Below are positions 51,725-63,139 of a stretch of DNA of 64,000 nucleotides, in pieces. The position numbers were made by a program, and so were the translations under genes. The stretch is taken from contig NC_058368.1 in the NCBI RefSeq assembly GCF_018350175.1, forward strand, positions 181,228,001 through 181,292,000, in the 5' to 3' direction. Each line of letters begins with the position of its first letter. The first letter of the stretch is position 1. The DNA is from Felis catus (taxonomy: Eukaryota). The notes under the pieces were generated by a model that saw only the letters and a list, made by a program, of their open reading frames with translations, had not been told where the DNA came from and searched no databases.

Positions 51725-51939
51725 AAACATAAAATAAAGCTACCAGGCTATATAAACCCCATTCCCCTGTCTTATGTTCATATGTTGTTTTTCCCCTGAC
51801 TGGCTACTAGAGGCTTTAGCAGAACACAAGAGATGCTCTGAAAGATTAGTCAGAGTTTTAAGCAGGAAAATATTTGATGGAAGCTTAAAGAAGCTGAAAA
51901 GTGTGTTAAAATAAATTAACTGCCTCCTTCAACCATATC

Positions 51940-52050
51940 TTTCATGCAAAAGTGATGTATGAACCATCTACATTAGAATCATCTGAGTTCCTCATTAAAA
52001 TGCAGAGTCCTGGGTCCCAGGTGTTTTGAAAAGCACCAAATTTGGAAAAT
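51940..52050. mobile_element. MER5-like MITE fragment
   Basis: acattagaatcatctgagttcctcattaaaatgcagagtcctgggtccc. Confidence 0.6.
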
Positions 52051-52250
52051 CAGAGTATCAGATGTTGTTTCAGGAAAATGCTGTATGGTTTTCATTTACA
52101 AAGTATAACATTTCTAGATTTTCCTCTTTAGTAATTTACATACATAATCTGTCTCTTCTACTCACCTCCTTAGGAGGTATAATGTTTTTCAAAAAAAGAG
52201 ACAATACTCTGAGAAGTAATTTTGTACCCAGTAAAAAGGTACACATATTT

Positions 52251-52422
52251 GGAGCAGGGGTGACTCAGAGGGTTAAGCATCCGACTTTGGCTCAGGAGTT
52301 TGAATTGCACGTCAGGCTCTCTGCTCTTAGTGCAGAGCCTGCTTCAGATCCTCTGTCTCCTGTGTCTCTGCCCCTTCCCCTCTCTCTCTCATTCTCTCTC
52401 TCCCTCAAAAATAAGCATTAAC
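52251..52422 (+). mobile_element. CanSINE, older, internally deleted
   Basis: gggtgactcagagggttaagcatccgactttggctcagg...gagcctgcttcagatcctctgtctc; flanks aaaggtacacat / aaaggtaaacat. Confidence 0.88.
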
Positions 52423-52759
52423 TTTTTTTTAAAGGTAAACATCCTTATAAAAATATTATAAAAATCAATCAATGCTTATTTCAGGCAGCCATCTGTAGGA
52501 CACGTATCATGGGGATGTTTTATAAACAGTGATGCAGAGAGAAGTGAGGAGTCCAATAAGGGAGGTGACCAAGAAAGCGTCAATTTAGGATGGAAAAGAA
52601 GATACAAGTGACTACTGGAGTAATTATTACAAGTCAAGGCTTATCTACTACGAGCAGTCATTCAAATGCACAAAGCAGAGAAAGGAAGAAAAGGATCCGA
52701 AAATTACAATTAGAAACTTTTCTAATTAGTCCCAGAAACAGTTCAAGACAACCACATAC

Positions 52760-52900
52760 CTTCAAAGGGAGTATGAAATACCTGAAGTGTTTTTTAAAAA
52801 TTCAGATTCCTGGATTCATTTCAGACCTATTGGCTCAGAATCTGTGTGGTGTGTCCTGAAATCTGTATTTAAAACCATCTGTCCAGCCATGCGTTAAAAT
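52760..52900. mobile_element. MER5A-like MITE fragment
   Basis: ttaaaaattcagattcctgg...cagacctattggctcagaatctg...gaaatctgtattt. Confidence 0.6.
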
Positions 52901-55014
52901 GTGTTAAATTGGTCCACTCCCTGGGCACATGATTCCATTTTTTCCTTTGAGCTGTTAAAAGTCCTTTAATTTATTCATTCAACAAACTTCTTAGGGAACT
53001 ATTTGGCCAAGGACACCATACACAATAAAAAAGTAATAAACTTGCAGTGATAGCCTCAATTAGTCCAGAGTCTAGTAAGTAAATGCAGATACATTGGCTA
53101 TCACAATTTATAGAGATAAATGTGACATCAGTAAATCCAAGATGCTAAGAAGACTGAAAAACTGAAACAAAGAAATCATTTACAGGTAAAGAGCTTATTT
53201 TTCCTTTGGGATACTAAAATCTATTCTTTTAAGATGACTTTTTCCAGATAGTGATATTTTTAATCCAAAATTATTTATTCAAGATTGAAATGTACCTACT
53301 TTGACCTTATCTCTGATGGTGTTTCTAAAAAGCAACCTTTGAAACATTTACATCAAAATTATCTGGATACAAATGAGACTGTACTTTGACTTTTTGTTTG
53401 AAGGCTTAATTAACTCTAGATTGTTCTTTATGGAATTTTCTTATTAGACAGTTTGGGAAAGGAGAGCCCCACACATAAATTTATATGTGTGTTCAGAACA
53501 GTAACATATGAAAAAAATGTACCCCTGTTCTGTAATTCAATTTGTATTCTACTTAATTGAATAATTAGGGTTTTGAGTAGAATGAGGCACAGCAGAAGTT
53601 CTTATTTCCAAATATTTTGGTCTAGGAGAGAAGCCATGATAACTCAGAAGTTTAGATAAACCTGGGTTTGACTCAGGTTCTAACTTAATACCTATGTGTC
53701 CTTGGATAGCTTACTCAGCCTCATCAAGGTTGTTTCTGCTTATATTTACTATGTGGGATTTAGCAGCATGCAGGTTAATTCAGGTCGACGGCATGCACAT
53801 CCTAAACATACACATATACACAGGTGCCTGCACCACACAAATGTATACACACACAAAGTAGTCATAATGATTATGCTTATTTTGCACTAGTATGAAGATA
53901 CAATAAAATGACAGGTATACAAAGGTTAGAATAGCACCTGGCCCATAGAAATTGTTCAATGAACAGTGGTGGTACTGATGAGAGAAAAAAGAGGAGAACA
54001 AGAAAGTGAGGGATTTCAGCTTAGGGTGAAACAAACAAAACATTGAGAACTCATAAAAGAAAAGAGAGGAAGGTAAAAAAAAAAAAAAAAGAACAACCTG
54101 TAAAAAAAAGTTAAAAGTTTACCCCTAATATCTTGATAGCTTTGCTTTGTAATTAGATACAGGATTGCTTCTGTGCTATGTAATGTAGTAGCCACGCCAT
54201 CCTCTCATTGACTGAAAAGACATCATTAGAATAAGCACAAAATAGAGTAACCACAGAAAAGGTTATTAGTATTTCATCTGAACTCTGAAAATGTCAAGCC
54301 ATATAGGGCTGGTGGATGGTGATAGGAAACCCATTTCCAGTTATCATATGTTAATGAAAGGAAACAATGTGCTATCTACAAGGACAGGGAAAAACCCAGA
54401 ATGAGCAGAGTCCAGAGTCTATGCAGTTTCCTACATTTCCAGCCTCATTAAAATATGCAGATCATATCATTAGGAGACAGTTTCCTGGCAGAGCCTTCTC
54501 CTAGAGTTCAGTTACAGGCACACATTGGCATTGTTAGTAAAATGATTTTAACCACAGCTATATTCTTCTGTGTAAAAATAAACAAATAAAAAACAAGACA
54601 AAGAAGCAGAAGCAGCTCTTGCAAGCCATATTTTCATTTGGAAAAATTAGTTTTTCCTAAGCATGAGTCTATATATTTTTTAAAAAGGACCATTGATGCT
54701 TGTTTTGTTCTTCCAACAATATAAAGAAACTTATATTACAATTTCATATTTCCCTTAAATTTAATGGAATATAGTTAATGGGATAACAGACATTACATCT
54801 AGGTTTAATTCAGCAAAATGATCAAGATTTGCTACTGAATTGAACAAACAGTATTTCAAAGACCTTTCTGACCAAACTTCAGTTTTAACTCAGATAAAAA
54901 ACATTCTACTGTTCATCTCAATTCCTTTCTTCTTCCACATCTTTTATTTCTTCATTATTGCCTTGGCTCCTTTTCCCTTTCTTCCTTATTGCCTCTTTTC
55001 TTACTTCTTAACTC

Positions 55015-55015
<1 letters not shown>

Positions 55016-55069
<54 letters not shown>

Positions 55070-55071
55070 TC
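55016..55071. repeat. (TTTC)14 tetranucleotide microsatellite
   Basis: Direct reading. Confidence 0.97.
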
Positions 55072-55693
55072 GTCAATCACCATCTATTTCTTTCTCTTTT
55101 TTTAGTGGGCAAGGCAGTATTTTAAAAAATCTTACCCACAAGCCTAACAGAACCTTACAAATGAACACTTTTCACATGAAGGCCCAGGGCAGGTAGCTAC
55201 CTTGATGAAACTGGTGACTGAATACAAATACAGAATGGTAATAAGGAGATGATTACATGATAAAAATTATTTTGTGGAAATCAACATTTAAAAGTGCAAT
55301 AATGTGAAAGCACATGTAAACAATAGATGTCAGCCATGATGATGATGAAGATGATGATGATGTATAAATACCGTTTATTTAGTTTCTTCTGTCAGTGGTT
55401 TGCCATGTATAGTGTGAGACCCCTTGAGGTCCCTGAGATCAAACCTATTTTCATCATAATGTTTTCAAATTATTATCTTTTTCACCAATGATGCAAAAGC
55501 AATGGAGGGTAAAACTGCTGGTGTCTTAGTATGAATCAAGGCAGTGGCAGCAAACTGTGCTGAGAGTCACTGTACTTTGCATCACTATCTACTTGTGGAG
55601 AAATGCTAGTGTTACTCAAAATGAAACAGCAAAAATATTAATTTTATTACATTTAGACCCTCCAATACATTTTGTAATATTCTTTTTAACTAT

Positions 55694-55924
55694 GTTTTAA
55701 AAAGTTTATTTATTTATTCTGAGAGAGAGAGAGAGAGAGAGTGTGTGTGTGTGTGTGTGTGTGCATGAGTGGAGGAGAAGCAGAAAAGAGGAAGAGAGAG
55801 AGAATTCTAAACAGGCTCCATGTTTTCAGTGCAGACCCCAACCTGGGGCTCGGTCTCATGAGATTATGGCTTCAGCTGAAATCAAGAGTCAGACACTTAA
55901 CCAACTGAGCCACCCAGGGATTCC
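55694..55924 (-). mobile_element. CanSINE with (GA)n(GT)n linker
   Basis: gtttatttatttattctgag...ctgaaatcaagagtcagacacttaaccaactgagccacccagg. Confidence 0.9.
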
Positions 55925-56229
55925 TGTGATATTCTATGTAATTAAATGGCAAGTATGCATGAAACATCTTCGGCTAAAACCAATATGTAATAGTTGTCTT
56001 GAAGAAAAACATTTAGGCAATTGTTTGAATTATGGGCTGAACTACTCACTCTTTTTATGGGGCATTATTTGTACATAAAATGACTACTGAAAGGGACCCT
56101 ATGGTTATTCAGATTCACATGTTCAACAGATATTCTCTCATTCTCTGGAAAATGAGTAAAAGTGACTTAGTTACTTTAAGGAAATTGACTGTTATAGTAT
56201 TTGTTGCTAACTATAAAATTCAAATTTTC

Positions 56230-56412
56230 CAGGGATGGGGAGAAAACATAAGAGAGTCTTAAATATGGAGAACAAACAGAGGGTTACTGGAGGGGTCGTG
56301 GAGGGGGGGAATGGGCTAAATGGGTAAGGGGCACTAAGGAATCTACTCCTGAAATCATTGTTGCACTATATGCTAACTAATTTGGATGTAAATTAAAAAA
56401 AATAAAATTAAA
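56230..56412 (+). mobile_element. Carnivore/felid L1 3' end with TSD
   Basis: aacataagagagtcttaaatatggagaacaaacagagggttactgg...tatgctaactaatttggatgtaaattaaaaaa; flanks aaaattcaaattttc (56215-56229) / aaaattcaagttttc (56413-56427). Confidence 0.92.
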
Positions 56413-56739
56413 AAAATTCAAGTTTTCAAGCTTGTGCAAAACTTGAATGCACTACCATGAGCACAATAGCTTTCCAAGACTTTGAACACATCATTTTTTC
56501 CTGATGAGATGGATGGTGATATTTACAAATGTGGTTTCTGACATTTTTAAATGAAATGTGTCCATCTGTGGAAGATCAGCAATCTCAGTGAACCAATATT
56601 TTTCAAATCACCAAGGCATGGTGTTTGTTATGTTCATACATTAGAAAAGAGATCCATTCCAACTTTAAGAAAGGTGGATGGATTTTAATTTAATAGAGCA
56701 AAATAATTTATTTGTATGGCTTCAAAAAGCTTCCATACT

Positions 56740-56950
56740 GGGGCACCTGGGTTCCATACTCATTTGGTATGACTTCATACTCATTTGGTACCCGAATTCA
56801 GCTCAAGTCATGGTCTTGCGGTTTGAGAGTTTGAGCCCTGCATCGGGCTTGCTGCTGTCAGTGTGGAGCCCACTTTGGATCCTTTGTGCCTTTCTCTCTC
56901 TGCCCCTCCCCTGCTTGCTCACACTGTCTTTAAACCTGTTTTTTTTTTTT
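56740..56950 (+). mobile_element. CanSINE with rearranged head
   Basis: ggggcacctggg, then about 40 bp of non-SINE sequence, then ccgaattcagctcaagtcatg...gagtttgagccc; flanks tccatactg on both sides. Confidence 0.88.
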
Positions 56951-57022
56951 AAAGGTCCATACTGTAAATAATTTTTAAGAAACTACCATTTGTTGAGTTT
57001 CTGTATAAATTTGAAAATAATA

Positions 57023-57235
57023 GGGGCGCCTGGTTGGCTCAGTCGGTTAATCGGCCGACTTCGGTTCAGGTCATGATTTCAGGGTCCGTGAGTTCAAGCC
57101 CTGCATTGGGCTTTGTGCTGACAGCTCAGAGCCCAGAGCCTGTTTCAGATTCTGTGTCTCCCTCTCTCTCTGACCCTCCCCCCCGTTCATGCTCTGTCTC
57201 TCCCTGTCTCAAAAATAAATAAACGTTAAAAAAAA
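57023..57235 (+). mobile_element. CanSINE with TSD
   Basis: Full body; gaaaataata at 57013-57022 and 57236-57245. Confidence 0.96.
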
Positions 57236-57469
57236 GAAAATAATATCCATAATTTACTGAAAACAGCTAATCAAAAGTCTCCCTTTTCTATTTTCTATCT
57301 GTATATCCATAAGGACCAGATATTCTTCATATGCTTCAACCAAACAAATGAACCCAACTTGGCTAAGTAAAGATTAAAGATATTTAGAAAGACTAAAACA
57401 ATGTGATTCTTCCTGCTAATTTTTTGGAAATATGTTTATTTTTCATAAAGCATGTTTTTTTAATTAAAA

Positions 57470-57529
57470 TTTTTTAATGTTTATTTATTTTTGAGAGAGA
57501 GAGAGACAGAGTGTGAGCAGGGGAGCAAC

Positions 57530-57598
<69 letters not shown>

Positions 57599-57704
57599 CA
57601 GAATCTGAAGCAGGCTCCAGGCTCTGAGCTGTCAGTGCGGGACTTGATACCATGAACCTTGTGATCATGACCTGCGCTAAACTGACTGAGCCACCCAAGA
57701 GCCC
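57470..57704 (-). mobile_element. CanSINE with expanded (GA)n and two short internal deletions
   Basis: Antisense body; flanks ataaagcatgttttt / ataaagtatgttttt. Confidence 0.92.
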
Positions 57705-57755
57705 TATAAAGTATGTTTTTATGTTAACATGTAATGAGCTTATTGTTGCAATTTT

Positions 57756-57835
57756 TAAATAAATAAATAAATAAATAAATACATAAATAAATACATAAAT
57801 AAATACATAAATACATAAATACATAAATACATAAA
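57756..57835. repeat. (TAAA)n grading into (TACATAAA)n
   Basis: Direct reading. Confidence 0.93.
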
Positions 57836-57949
57836 TCTATTTTAACTATTTCTCAGTCTTAATTTTAATGCAATAAATATTGGTAGATACAATGTACATA
57901 AACAAAATTTCTTTGGGCCCCAAATTTCTAAAAGTGTAAAGGTTTTAAA

Positions 57950-58167
57950 TTTTTTTTTTCAACGTTTATTTATTTTTTTTGGGACAGAGAGAGACAGAGC
58001 ATGAACGGGGGAGGGGCAGAAAGAGAGAGGGAGACACAGAATCGGAAACAGGCTCCAGGCTCTGAGCCATCGGCCCAGAGCCTGACGCGGGGCTCGAACT
58101 CACGGACCGCGAGATTGTGACCTGGCTGAAGTTGGACACTTAACCGACTGCGCCACCCAGGCGCCCC
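57950..58167 (-). mobile_element. CanSINE, young CpG-rich feline subfamily
   Basis: atcggaaacaggctccaggctctgagccatc...gacgcggggctcgaactcacggaccgcgag...ccgactgcgccacccaggcgcccc. Confidence 0.97.
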
Positions 58168-58642
58168 ATGTGAAGGTATTTTAAAACTAAATTTCTGGGT
58201 GATGCTTTTCTAGGTACAACCAATATTCTTCTATGTATTTTATTTTTAACAGTCTAGACGTTATTTAATAATTTGAGGCATAAGTTACATCATCTGCACT
58301 AAACATATTTCAATACATACCTAATTATAAGGTAATTCCCCTCCAAAAGAAATACCACTTACATAACAGGTGTTGCATAGATTTGTGCTCAGATTTTTTT
58401 TATGGCGTGGTCCAACAGTTACACTATTTTTCACAACTTCACAACACATATGCTTGTGGAAGCTACATTAGCCTGAGACATCTCAAACAATGCTAGGTTG
58501 GCAAACTTTTGAAGGTTTGCTAACTACACTGGAATCAGTTTGGGAAAAAAAAGAGCAAACATTTTTTTAAAATGGAGATTTTCTGAGGATTTATACAGCT
58601 TGAAGATAAGCATGTCAATAAATGTATAAATATCATTTTTCA

Positions 58643-58838
58643 GGGTGCCTGGGTGACTCAGTCAATTAAGTGTCCAACTCTTGGTTTCGGCTCAGGTCAT
58701 GAGATCAAGCCCCACATCAGGGTCTGTGCTCAGCATGGAGCCTGCTTAAGATTATCTTCCTCTCCTTTTACCCTCTTCCCTACCCTGTTCATGTTCTCTC
58801 TCTAAAAATGATGAAAGATAGATAGATAGATAGATAGA
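58643..58838 (+). mobile_element. CanSINE, older, with (GATA)n tail
   Basis: gggtgcctgggtgactcagtcaattaagtgtccaactc head; flanks tcatttttca / tcacttttca. Confidence 0.88.
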
Positions 58839-59329
58839 GTCACTTTTCAAAAGCAATATAGCAACCACTCACTGTGGAGAGATAAACCCATTGAATGAAT
58901 GAAAAACTGAGGTGTACTGAGGTCTTGTGGCTTGGAATAAAATTGACACCATGCATGAATTAATAATGAACTGCTATATTCCCAAACCTTCAGACTCAAG
59001 TGAAGACACAAGCTCTGAAAACCTGCATTAGGTAACAAAGACATTGACATGGAACATGAATGTGAAATTAAAATTATCTCATGGATATTGCATTACAGTT
59101 TCAACAAATATGCAGTACAGTTGAAATTTTGCGTAACTAAATTAATAAAGACTATAAGTGAACACTTAACTACTTTATCTACATCTCAACATTTTCATGA
59201 CAAATTTGGCCAAATGCATTTTTAAAATTTCATTATTTGGCAAATGGGGCATCCTATCCTTGAGATCACTTTATATCCAGGATAGACAAGACTTCCAATC
59301 CTTTGCAAATACTTTCAAGAAAAAATAAT

Positions 59330-59685
59330 TTTTCAGAAGGGAACCTGAGAATCAGAGTGTTTGAGAACTTGCTCACACTTGCACCATTAGTCAGCATGGG
59401 AAGTGGGATTAGATCCCAGGCCCACTGCAAAGCCAGGGATCTTTCCATACACTGATGTTCATGAAATATTTCCATGGCCAAGGGACTGTTCTCACAAACC
59501 GTGGACTACATATTCATGTGTCACTAATTTCTCACATGAAACTATGAGATGGGTAACATTTTGGCTCTACTTTCTAAATTAGGAAACTGCCACATCCAGG
59601 TCACAAGATCAGTAATCAGCAGCAATGATGTGTGAACCTGGTCTGGTGTCACAGCCCTTATTCTAATGCTCTACCTTGTACTGCC
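59330..59685 (-). mobile_element. Two MIR fragments
   Basis: tttcagaagggaacctgag...acttgctca...gggattagatcccagg; tttctcacatgaaactatgagatgggta...aggaaactg...aggtcaca...tgaacctggtctgg. Confidence 0.65.
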
Positions 59686-60127
59686 TCTCAAGCTACTATG
59701 GTACTTCGAAAATATGCTTAATCTCACCGTCGTTACCTAGTTGTTTCTATGAAACAAGTATCAGATTGGAAATTTTAAGTCACTTTTTTTTTGTCAGGGA
59801 TTCAAGTATTCACACCTATAAAAGTATAGCAGAGATAGCATTTTTAAATATTAAATACTTAACATTTAACATGATCTTTATTTGGATCCTGGCTCTTTAA
59901 AAAAGTTTAATGCTTGGCTGTCTAGCTTGATGTTAGGGAAACACCCTGAGGAAAAAACTTGTATGTTACTGAAAGTGCTGGGTCATGCCTGGGATTAAGA
60001 GATTCATTCCTCTCTCTGTATACAACTAGTAAATATATATGCATGCACTTTTACCTAGTTACAATTTTTACTTAATTATATATGGGAAAGTGAGTGAACC
60101 TCCTAATCACAGAGATAATAAATAGAA

Positions 60128-60250
60128 ATATATATATATACACATATATATGCATATATATGTATATATATATAATCAAATAATAAATGTGCTATATATA
60201 TATACTGTACCTATTATTTATATATATATATATATATATACACACACATA
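60128..60250. repeat. Interrupted (TA)n/(CA)n tract
   Basis: Direct reading. Confidence 0.9.
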
Positions 60251-62143
60251 CACTATAACTGTGTATCTCATTAACAACAATAACACAGTGAGAATGATTA
60301 TATGTTTGTTACATAATTTCAGCAGGGTAGACATTCATATCTTCTTAATATGCAAAACCAAAAAGGTACATATTGCTCACAAGAAGTCTACATAGGTACA
60401 CAGCTCAAAAGTAGTCATAAAAATGTTAAGGTCTTTTCTGTTGGAGGAAATATTACAGAGGTGGGAAAGTGGCACGTGTTAACATACACATGGCAGTGAT
60501 ATCATCCAAGACCTGAAAAGCACTCAGTTTTTTGTTAGTGTGCTTGTTTTTCATCTTTCAATTCCCACTCTAATTTGTTTATTGTCCAGCGGGGACACAG
60601 AGAAGTTATTAAATTCCTCAAGGTCGCACAGAAAGTCACAGCTGTTCTTGGGAAAAGGGGCTTATATATTCCTGAATCCCAGCTAGCTCCTATGGCTTCC
60701 TGCATCGGATGGGTCCGTGTGGAATGAAAGAATGCTCTTAAGCAAATTCCAATTATGGTTTATTAACTGCACATGTAGCATTTATCTTCCAGTTTCTAAA
60801 AATAGCAGAACCAATTAAACTGTCTGTTTAGCACTTAAGGTTTTTTTAACTTTTAATTTTTCTTCAGATAAAGCCTTTATAGAAAGATAAATGGCACATT
60901 ACAGATATGAGGGGAAGGGAGGAAGCCATCACTTCCCTTCACTACCACCATCTTCTTTGACCATCACTATGAGGCAACCATGGCAAGATCTTTTCTGCTC
61001 CTGAAGTGATATTATAACATCCTCAGCCAAGCAAACCAACCCATTTTAGGCATGATGGGTGGTAGTGAAAAATTTCTATTCAAGACGGTTGTTAATTTGA
61101 AATAAAAGCCCAACAAATTCTAATTTCTGTCCACTGTCAAAACAAGATTAAACAATTGCAGCAAGAAAAATAGCAGGCTGGTAAAAGGAGGCTTCACAAC
61201 AGTATTTTACTTCATGCTTAAAACACTATCTATAATTCCCAATCAGAGCTATAAAAAGGGAGGCTCAATTTGATGAGAACTGTGTAGGGAATTATTACTT
61301 CTGAGATGCTTCTTTTAAGTCTCTCTTTTACAACCATTCTATTAAAGAATCACATGCCCAAATGAGGGCCACAGAGAGTTAGAACTAGAATTTCCACATG
61401 GGATGTCTTCAATGAAAAAGAAAATGCAGCAAGTATTTGCTCCAAGAGTTAAAGAGAGGATAGTGAAATGAGAGACACAGATTCTCAATGTGAGGGTTTA
61501 CCATCAATGTCAAGAAACCACAAAAGGTCTCAGGAACAAAAGACTGGTGAGCAACCAGGGTCTCGGTTGCTCCGCTGGGAGTGGAGCTACATGGGAAGGA
61601 AGAGATTCTTCAAAACTGAGGCTTAAAGAAAAAAAAAGAATTTTCTTTGTAGTACACTGCTAGGACTCAGTCCACAGTCTCTTGACACTTAATCTAGTTC
61701 CTTTCCACCCTATCACAATGCTGTGAAATGGACATTACTCTTTTCCCTCCTCTAGATTTTCAACACCTTGACTTTTTCACTGTTGTAGTATCGTATTTGC
61801 ATGTCTATCACCACACACCTACCTGTCTAACAAGAGCTGTGGCAACATTATAGGATGCATTCAGACTGTACAGTTCACTACTCGGTTCTGTTGAATGTGT
61901 ATGGTAATTATTTGACACTTCTGAGAGGAGACAACCATCATGAAATAATAAAATTGCAATTATCTTATCAAATTTAATATTCTATATATGTCAGAACTGA
62001 ACATTTTAAATTGGAGAATGCCACTTCAGTGTAGCTGATTGAACTCAAATTCTTATAGTAATGTGCATTTTGTTACTTCTACTCTTAGTTTTGTCACTAT
62101 ATTAACCCCTTCTTTCCCATTGCCATGCTTTTATTTTTTTTCC

Positions 62144-62202
62144 TCCTTAGAAAAGTAGTAGAAAAGTAGATCCATTCCTTAGAAAAGTAGATCCATTCCT
62201 TA
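62144..62202. repeat. 21 bp tandem duplication plus a partial third copy
   Basis: tagaaaagtagatccattcct at 62159-62179 and 62180-62200, preceded by tccttagaaaagtag. Confidence 0.92.
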
Positions 62203-62956
62203 CCAATGTTCAGAAATCCCTAATTAATGGGAAAGAATGCTAGCTCATACCCAAAGGGACAACAAACTGTGCTTGTATTTATAAGTCTAACTCTCAAGTA
62301 CCCAAGTCTCCCTTAATGTGTCTCACATAGCAAGGAAGAACCACTAGCAATATACAGAGTTAGAAACAATGTCATGCCATTAAGTAGTAGTTCATAATAT
62401 GGACTACATGCTTTCTGGGTTAGGGAATCCTCACTAGAGAAGCCAAGGTCTTTTATATTTTTTTTCCTTTTTTTTTTCCCCAGAAAACTAAGGCCCAGCG
62501 ATTCTAAAGAATTCATCCTGAATCATTCAGCATTCTAATGATGCAGCAGAAAAAGAACAGAGAATCTTGCTCCTTCATCGAATTTCTACAACCAAACTGC
62601 CAAACACTTTCAAAAAGGGTTTTCTTCAATGGGTCTCCCTCAATGAGTCTCTATAAATAATTTTAAAAGAATTAATAGCGCCTGAATTTTATTATAGGGT
62701 CCCTTTCTCATTGATTATAAGTAGCTAAACATCATGTGTTGCTTCTATGAGCCTCTGTGACAGGCTACGTGATATGTGATGATAGCATACGAAGGATTGA
62801 CTGGGCTTTTTTCAGATCACTAAGTAAAAGCAACTCCTCTAAATTCCCCTCCATGGAATACACCACCGCACTTGGGGCTATCCACTACCAGATTAGCTAG
62901 AAAATATTATATTGGGTTCTTTAGTCCTGCAATTGGGGAAGAAAGAATCTTTTCCA

Positions 62957-63139
62957 TTTTTATTTTTAATGTTTATTTATTTGTTGTGAGAGGGGGACAG
63001 AGGGAGAGGGAGAGAGAACCCCGGGCAGATGCTGTCAGCACAGAACCTGGTGCGGGACTCGATCTCACGAACCCTGAGATCATGACCTGAAACAAAATCA
63101 AGAGTCAGATGCTTAACTGACTGAGCCACCCAAGTGCCC
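62957..63139 (-). mobile_element. CanSINE
   Basis: ttttaatgtttatttattt...ctgtcagcacagaacctgg...gagatcatgacctga...atgcttaactgactgagccacccaagtgccc. Confidence 0.93.

Larger units (their letters stand above)
55393..58195 (+). mobile_element. Charlie1-family hAT DNA transposon relic carrying six later retro-insertions
   Basis: Starts cagtggtt...gacccc...ggtccctgaga; 55481-55597 reads FTNDAKAMEGKTAGVLV*IKAVAANCAESHCTLHHYLL (hAT DGA..M.G and CxxH region); colinear segments continue between insertions to ctttgggcccc...aaagtgtaaagg. Confidence 0.85.

Noticed and set aside
57950..58167. Local CpG enrichment suggesting a CpG island or promoter
   Set aside because: Confined to young SINE copies (also 1668-1872); no CpG island in unique sequence
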